Source: an uncultured virus (IMG/VR IMGVR_UViG_3300021431_000011)
Taxonomy: Duplodnaviria; Heunggongvirae; Uroviricota; Caudoviricetes
Direction: 5' to 3' (one strand)
Virus record (IMG/VR): IMGVR_UViG_3300021431_000011
Length of the DNA: 21,502 nt
Part shown: piece by piece, positions 17,427 through 21,502 of the stretch
How the letters are laid out: each line of letters opens with the position of its first letter
Position numbering within the stretch: position 1 is the stretch's first letter
Translations under genes and position numbers: made by a program
The notes under the pieces: generated by a model
Databases searched by the model: none
What the model was told of the DNA's origin: nothing
Seen by the model: only the letters and a program-made list of their open reading frames with translations

Positions 17427-18191
17427 ATGCCTCCTGAGACTGGTGGTGTAGCTGGTGTGGCTGGTAATTTATTAGGTGGAGGAGGAAACACTATGGGTCC
17501 TGCAGATACTCAAGCTGTTGTGAGGGGCGCTATGAATTATGGTAATGGCTACGGTTACGGTGACGGCTGGGGTGGCAGTTGCTGGTGGATCGTACTGATA
17601 TTCTTCGCTATGCTGTGGGGTGGCAATGGCTGGGGCAATAATGGTTTCCAGAATGCCATCGGTTATGAGAATCTCGCAACCTCTAATGAGGTCCAGCGTG
17701 GCTTTGACAATCAGAATAGCATGGCGAATCAGCGTGATATTCTGGCTGCTGTGTCTGGTAATGCTCTGCAAGAGATGCAGAACAATAACCAGAATACTCA
17801 GTACCTCACTGGTCAGATTAACGACAAGTATAACGAGCTCCAGCGCGATATTGCCGGCGTTGCTATGACTCAGCAGGCCGCCATGGCCCAGCAGTCCCAG
17901 TGCTGCTGTGAGACCAAGATGCTCATCTCTGACCTCGCCTCTCAGCAGCGTTACGAGTCCGCTATGCAGAATAACGCTACGATTCAGGCGATTCGTGAGG
18001 AGGGCGCTGCAATTCGTCAGCAGGCTGACCAGCGTTACATGGCCGATCAGGACCGTCGTATCGCCAAGCTCGAGATGCAGAACGCCATGGCTGGTGTCGT
18101 GCGTTACCCGATGAGCACCGCTTATAATGCTGGCTACAATCCGTTCTGCAACTGCGGTCAGAACTACGGCTGCTGCGGAATGGCTGCGTAG
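17427..18191 (+). CDS. Hypothetical protein: Gly/aromatic region, one hydrophobic segment, coiled coil, QCCCE motif, Cys-rich tail
   Basis: GAAAGGA RBS. Motifs CWWIVLIFFAMLWGG, VQRGFDNQ, QCCCETK and PFCNCGQNYGCCG. Codon use in the 3' half is strongly biased. Confidence 0.85.
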   Translation: MPPETGGVAGVAGNLLGGGGNTMGPADTQAVVRGAMNYGNGYGYGDGWGGSCWWIVLIFFAMLWGGNGWGNNGFQNAIGYENLATSNEVQRGFDNQNSMANQRDILAAVSGNALQEMQNNNQNTQYLTGQINDKYNELQRDIAGVAMTQQAAMAQQSQCCCETKMLISDLASQQRYESAMQNNATIQAIREEGAAIRQQADQRYMADQDRRIAKLEMQNAMAGVVRYPMSTAYNAGYNPFCNCGQNYGCCGMAA

Positions 18192-18245
18192 TTAAGTTTT
18201 CTGTGGGAGGTTTTTATGAGCGCTCGGGACTTAGGTAAAAACCAC

Positions 18246-18277
18246 AATCTGGGAATGGTGGGGTTCTCGGATTTTTT
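18246..18277 (+). terminator. Probable intrinsic terminator after 17427-18191
   Basis: AATCTGGGAAT (18246-18256) pairs with GTTCTCGGATT (18263-18273) with three G-U pairs and a 6-nt loop; a T6 run lies at 18272-18277. Confidence 0.6.
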
Positions 18278-18346
18278 GTAGCAATTTCAAAATGGAAGTC
18301 TTTTCAAACATTTAACCAAAAATTTTCCCAGGGGGTGATTTCGAAG

Positions 18347-18520
18347 ATGCAAGTTGAAATCGAGGAGGTTAAAGCTACAAAAACACGTGATGTACATCAT
18401 GTGCGTTTTGAGAACAAGACAGATTATCAAAAAGCAAAATGGATGCTTTCTCGAATTCCTACTACATATGCGGTCAACGACTTCACTCATACTTTATATT
18501 TTCTCGGAAAGAAGTTTTAG
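18347..18520 (+). CDS. Small hypothetical protein (57 aa)
   Basis: GGGGGTGA RBS at 18331-18338 supports ATG 18347 rather than the track start at 18335. Confidence 0.6.
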   Translation: MQVEIEEVKATKTRDVHHVRFENKTDYQKAKWMLSRIPTTYAVNDFTHTLYFLGKKF

Positions 18521-18530
18521 GAGGAACGCC

Positions 18531-18761
18531 ATGTCTCGCAGTCGAAAAAAGCATCCTCTTATTCAATGCTGCGGTGACAAGAGCTTAAAGAAATTATTCA
18601 ATCGTCGTTTTAGACGCAAGAAAGATCTCGATTTCCCTTCTTATGGAGCTTATCGTAAAGCGAATAATTCTTGGGAAATTTGTGACACTCTTATGGGTTA
18701 TTTTAATGCTGAAACAATACCTTATATAGAAGAGCGTAAGTATTGGTATTGGATGAAGTAA
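18531..18761 (+). CDS. Small basic hypothetical phage protein (76 aa, MSRSRKKHP...SWEICD type)
   Basis: AGGAGG overlapping the upstream stop, then ATG 18531; very Lys/Arg-rich. The track's start at 18354 is an over-extension. Confidence 0.75.
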   Translation: MSRSRKKHPLIQCCGDKSLKKLFNRRFRRKKDLDFPSYGAYRKANNSWEICDTLMGYFNAETIPYIEERKYWYWMK

Positions 18762-18815
18762 TACATTATGCTCTTTAGTTTTACAACACGTTTATATTTT
18801 TAGGAGCTGATAATA

Positions 18816-19220
18816 GTGCTTATTCTGACTAATGATACTAGCTTAACGCTTGGGCCTAATCAGTCCGTTACTTTTAACTTAGAAATCCTGCATACGGGTT
18901 GCGCGGAGTGCCATCGTATCAGTTCTGGCGCTGTAACTCTTCGTATGCAGCAGGCAATCTATGATATTTTCTTTAAGGCGAATATTGGCTCTACGACAGC
19001 TGGCGATGCGGCGCAACTTACCATGTTCCTGAATGGTTCGCCCATGACAGAGACGACTATGGTGTCCACAACCGCTGCTGTCGGCGATGTAAATAACGTA
19101 GCATGTGAGACTGGAGTGCGTACGTGCTGCTGCGGTCCCGAGACGCTTACAATTGTGAATAATGGCGAGACGACGGTTGTAGTTGAGCAGCCTCTTCTAA
19201 AGATTAAGAGGGTTGCTTAA
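18816..19220 (+). CDS. Beta-sandwich protein resembling the BclA C-terminal (C1q/TNF-like) domain, Cys-rich
   Basis: AGGAG then GTG. All-beta alternating pattern (SVTFN, SGAVTL, IYDIFFKANI, LTMFLNG, LTIVNNG, LKIKRVA), with CAECH and TCCCG. The fold call is by resemblance only. Confidence 0.65.
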   Translation: MLILTNDTSLTLGPNQSVTFNLEILHTGCAECHRISSGAVTLRMQQAIYDIFFKANIGSTTAGDAAQLTMFLNGSPMTETTMVSTTAAVGDVNNVACETGVRTCCCGPETLTIVNNGETTVVVEQPLLKIKRVA

Positions 19221-19222
19221 AC

Positions 19223-19573
19223 ATGACAATTAATTTACCTGCTGGATTGATATTTCAGACCATTCTTACTGGAACGGTTGGATGGCTGGTTAAACTTGTA
19301 TTAGACACACTTAAAAATTATAGTGACGAGAGTAAAGCTTGGCGCAAAAAGATGGATGAAAAAATGGATGGTATTGGAGATGCCACTCAGGCAACCATGC
19401 GTACCACCATTCTTCATTATTGCGAAAAGTATATTACTCGTGGGTGGATTACCTCAGAAGAGCTTAGTTCACTCATGGACATGCACAAAAAGTATACCGT
19501 CATAAATCCTAAGAACGGTTTTATAGATTCATATGTTGAACGCGTCAAGCAACTTGAGATTCGGGAAGTTTAG
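19223..19573 (+). CDS. Holin-like / lysis-associated protein with an N-terminal hydrophobic anchor
   Basis: Hydrophobic N-terminal ~28 aa, then a helical region MRTTILHYCEKYITRGWI...KY...NG matching a common lysis-adjacent phage family pattern. Confidence 0.55.
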   Translation: MTINLPAGLIFQTILTGTVGWLVKLVLDTLKNYSDESKAWRKKMDEKMDGIGDATQATMRTTILHYCEKYITRGWITSEELSSLMDMHKKYTVINPKNGFIDSYVERVKQLEIREV

Positions 19574-19587
19574 GAAAGGATATTTTT

Positions 19588-20025
19588 ATGGCTGAGGTTG
19601 ATGAGAAAAAGATTGCTGTTAAGGCGCCTATTCATCCCCATTATGCTATCAAGAATTCGGATGGTTGGGGTGCTGAAATGCTCGGTGTTGAGGCTATGGA
19701 TGGTAGCGATATTGACTATGCTGGCATTTTAGGTTTACCTATTATTGGTTTTACTATCGAAGCTGCTGATATTCTCAAGGCGCGTGTTCGCAATAAACGT
19801 GGTAAGTGGCTTCCTTATAAAACTGGTTTTGGCATGAACAAGGCCGAGGCTCTTGGTGATGATACGCCCATTACTGGCATTGAGATTGTCGGAGCAGGTT
19901 TTATATTTAGTATTCATGCTAAAGGCGGTTCTTGGTTACCGGTTATGAAGACAAGCGATACCGAGGGTACTACTTTAGCTGTTGCCGGTTCATCTATTGA
20001 TGCTATTTGGATTGATAAGGTTTAA
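19588..20025 (+). CDS. Stand-alone protein of degenerate ChW-like (hydrophobic-W) repeats, putative surface/cell-wall binding
   Basis: GAAAGGA RBS. Three repeats: SDGW...DYAGILGLPI, RVRNKRGKWLP...PITGIEI and IHAKGGSWLP...SIDAIWI. Confidence 0.6.
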   Translation: MAEVDEKKIAVKAPIHPHYAIKNSDGWGAEMLGVEAMDGSDIDYAGILGLPIIGFTIEAADILKARVRNKRGKWLPYKTGFGMNKAEALGDDTPITGIEIVGAGFIFSIHAKGGSWLPVMKTSDTEGTTLAVAGSSIDAIWIDKV

Positions 20026-20055
20026 AAATTAATCTATCATTAAAAGGATTCTATC

Positions 20056-20229
20056 ATGATTATTAACATAGGCGAACTTATTAATAAACGTGGAAATGGT
20101 AATCGTCGTTCTCGCAAGAAGATAGACATTATAGACAATCGTCCTACTTCAGCATCTATCGAAGAAGCCAAAGCTAAGGTGCAGGAAATTATTGAGCGAG
20201 GTAAAAAGAAGCGCGATGCCGATGTTTGA
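20056..20229 (+). CDS. Small basic hypothetical protein (57 aa), not in the ORF track
   Basis: AAAAGGA upstream. Translation MIINIGELINKRGNGNRRSRKKIDIIDNRPTSASIEEAKAKVQEIIERGKKKRDADV; same strand as its neighbours. Confidence 0.6.
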   Translation: MIINIGELINKRGNGNRRSRKKIDIIDNRPTSASIEEAKAKVQEIIERGKKKRDADV

Positions 20230-20328
20230 AGACGCAGCAATTAATTTATGTAGAATCATAGGGATTATAATAGTCGTATGCTGTTTCGGATCAATACTAT
20301 ACAACGACTATTAATAAAATTCAAAATG

Positions 20329-20387
20329 GAAATCCAAAGTTCTATAAATTTTATTATGGAGCTTTGGGTTTCTTTTTTTTCTTTTTT
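20329..20387 (+). terminator. Strong intrinsic terminator
   Basis: 19-bp stem 20329-20347 / 20354-20372 (16 Watson-Crick + 3 G-U, no true mismatch), 6-nt loop, followed by T8-C-T6. Confidence 0.88.
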
Positions 20388-20448
20388 ATAGACTCGACTT
20401 TTTCCGTCGGGATTTTTCAGAAAACAAAATCGGAGGAGATAATGCACG

Positions 20449-21342
20449 ATGGACAAATATTTGGCTCATCATGGTATTCTCGGCCAAAAATGGGGTAAAC
20501 GTAATGGTCCACCTTACCCACTTAAAGGAGGTTCATATACGCCAACAGAGCGTAAAGCCATTAAAGAAGCTAGAAAGAAAAAATATAGTCGCTACAATAA
20601 AAAGCATTATGATGAAGTATTGAGTAAAGGTACTGTTTTTAAAACGCTTAGTATGGATCCAAATCGTACTAAAAATGCCGATATGTTTTTTGCATCGCAT
20701 ACTAAAGCGGATGTCGATCATTATAAAGAATTTTTCGATAAAAAAGTCCCGCAAACAGTCTATGACAGTAATGGAAATGCTATCGGTACCGGAATGTTTT
20801 ATAAATATTCTATCCAAAATGTTGCTAACAAAGATATTAAGATAGCATCAGAAGATAGCGGTGCCACTGCTTTTCGAAAATTATATGAAACAGATCGAGA
20901 TTTTTATAATTTTATTACGGATCCATCTCGACTTAGACAACGTTTTGAGGATGGTGTTCATCGAATCAGCCCTGGTTATGAAACTGCTCGTAGAACCATG
21001 AACAAAATGCAAGATCCGAGTTATATTCCGACTGATAAAGATCTAGATCTTGTATATCGAATTTTTAATCATGCTATTCCTAGCGATGGTAATGGCAATG
21101 AACGAGATGCTCATGATGTCCAAGTTCAGCGAGCAAAATTTTTTAATGAACTTAAGAAAAATGGTTATGATGCTGTATTAGACACCAATGATGCATTATA
21201 TAATACAGTACAAGCTCAATCTCCAGTAATTGTATTCAACATGGACGCAATTACTTTACAGGGTTCATATCGCACTACTATGGGTGAGGTTTATAAATCT
21301 AAAGCATTTACTGCTGGACGAAGAATACTTGGTCAGATGTAA
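20449..21342 (+). CDS. Phage protein with an N-terminal HHGILGQKWG leader and a possible ADP-ribosyltransferase-like C-terminal domain
   Basis: GGAGGAG RBS. YLAHHGILGQKWGKRNGPPYPL leader; C-terminal LKKNGYDAVLDTND...SPVIVFN. Confidence 0.7.
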   Translation: MDKYLAHHGILGQKWGKRNGPPYPLKGGSYTPTERKAIKEARKKKYSRYNKKHYDEVLSKGTVFKTLSMDPNRTKNADMFFASHTKADVDHYKEFFDKKVPQTVYDSNGNAIGTGMFYKYSIQNVANKDIKIASEDSGATAFRKLYETDRDFYNFITDPSRLRQRFEDGVHRISPGYETARRTMNKMQDPSYIPTDKDLDLVYRIFNHAIPSDGNGNERDAHDVQVQRAKFFNELKKNGYDAVLDTNDALYNTVQAQSPVIVFNMDAITLQGSYRTTMGEVYKSKAFTAGRRILGQM

Positions 21343-21356
21343 GGAGTATAAGTATT

Positions 21357-21502
21357 ATGATTCTTAGTAACAAATATTACGATCTTCTTAAATGGATTGC
21401 ACTTATTGTTCTTCCCGCTCTCGGTACTTTATATTTTGGACTTGCTAGGATTTGGGGACTCCCGTTCGGTGAGGAAATTGTTGGTACTATTACTGTTATC
21501 GA
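21357..21502 (+). CDS. Phage holin, Dp-1 family, 3'-truncated
   Basis: AAGGAG at 21341-21346. Translation MILSNKYYDLLKWIALIVLPALGTLYFGLARIWGLPFGEEIVGTITVI... matches the Dp-1 holin pattern. Confidence 0.85.
   Translation, partial: MILSNKYYDLLKWIALIVLPALGTLYFGLARIWGLPFGEEIVGTITVI

Larger units (their letters stand above)
1..21502 (+). mobile_element. Siphovirus-like phage/prophage tail, lysis and accessory region
   Basis: Co-oriented tape measure, tail-tip, fibre, endolysin and holin genes, with no host housekeeping genes. Confidence 0.95.

Noticed and set aside
18900..18914. c-type cytochrome call from CxxCH
   Set aside because: No signal peptide, an all-beta pattern, and no maturation context.
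20040..20456. Minus-strand 66-aa and 63-aa ORFs
   Set aside because: They are better explained by the + strand 57-aa ORF and by the hairpin/terminator region.
1..21502. tRNA, rRNA, integrase, att sites, transposase
   Set aside because: None was recognisable. Whether this is a prophage or a free phage, and the host taxon, cannot be determined from this window.

Overview
Late-gene segment of a tailed (siphovirus-like) bacteriophage or prophage, with every credible gene on the + strand. Gene order: C-terminal part of the tape measure protein; putative distal-tail protein with two ricin-type lectin domains; putative baseplate hub; 2354-aa tail fibre containing eight swappable-looking beta-sandwich modules of two families; receptor-binding protein; CBM5/12 protein; NlpC/P60-SH3 endolysin; a 56-aa zinc ribbon absent from the ORF track; and a second NlpC/P60 domain fused to the first gene of an uncharacterised four-gene module (Gly/Gln/Tyr low-complexity protein, Met/Gln/Asn-rich helical protein, hydrophobic plus coiled-coil protein with a CCC motif, BclA/C1q-like beta-sandwich). 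After that come a holin-like protein, a stand-alone ChW-like repeat protein, a strong terminator, an HHGxxGxKWG-leader protein with a possible ADP-ribosyltransferase-like fold, and a truncated Dp-1-type holin. The best candidates for undescribed biology are the four-gene Cys-rich/low-complexity module with its peptidase fusion and an invariant 11-nt DNA motif at tail-fibre module boundaries. Family assignments come from motif recognition by eye; no searches were run. The host is probably a Gram-positive gut or rumen bacterium (inference).
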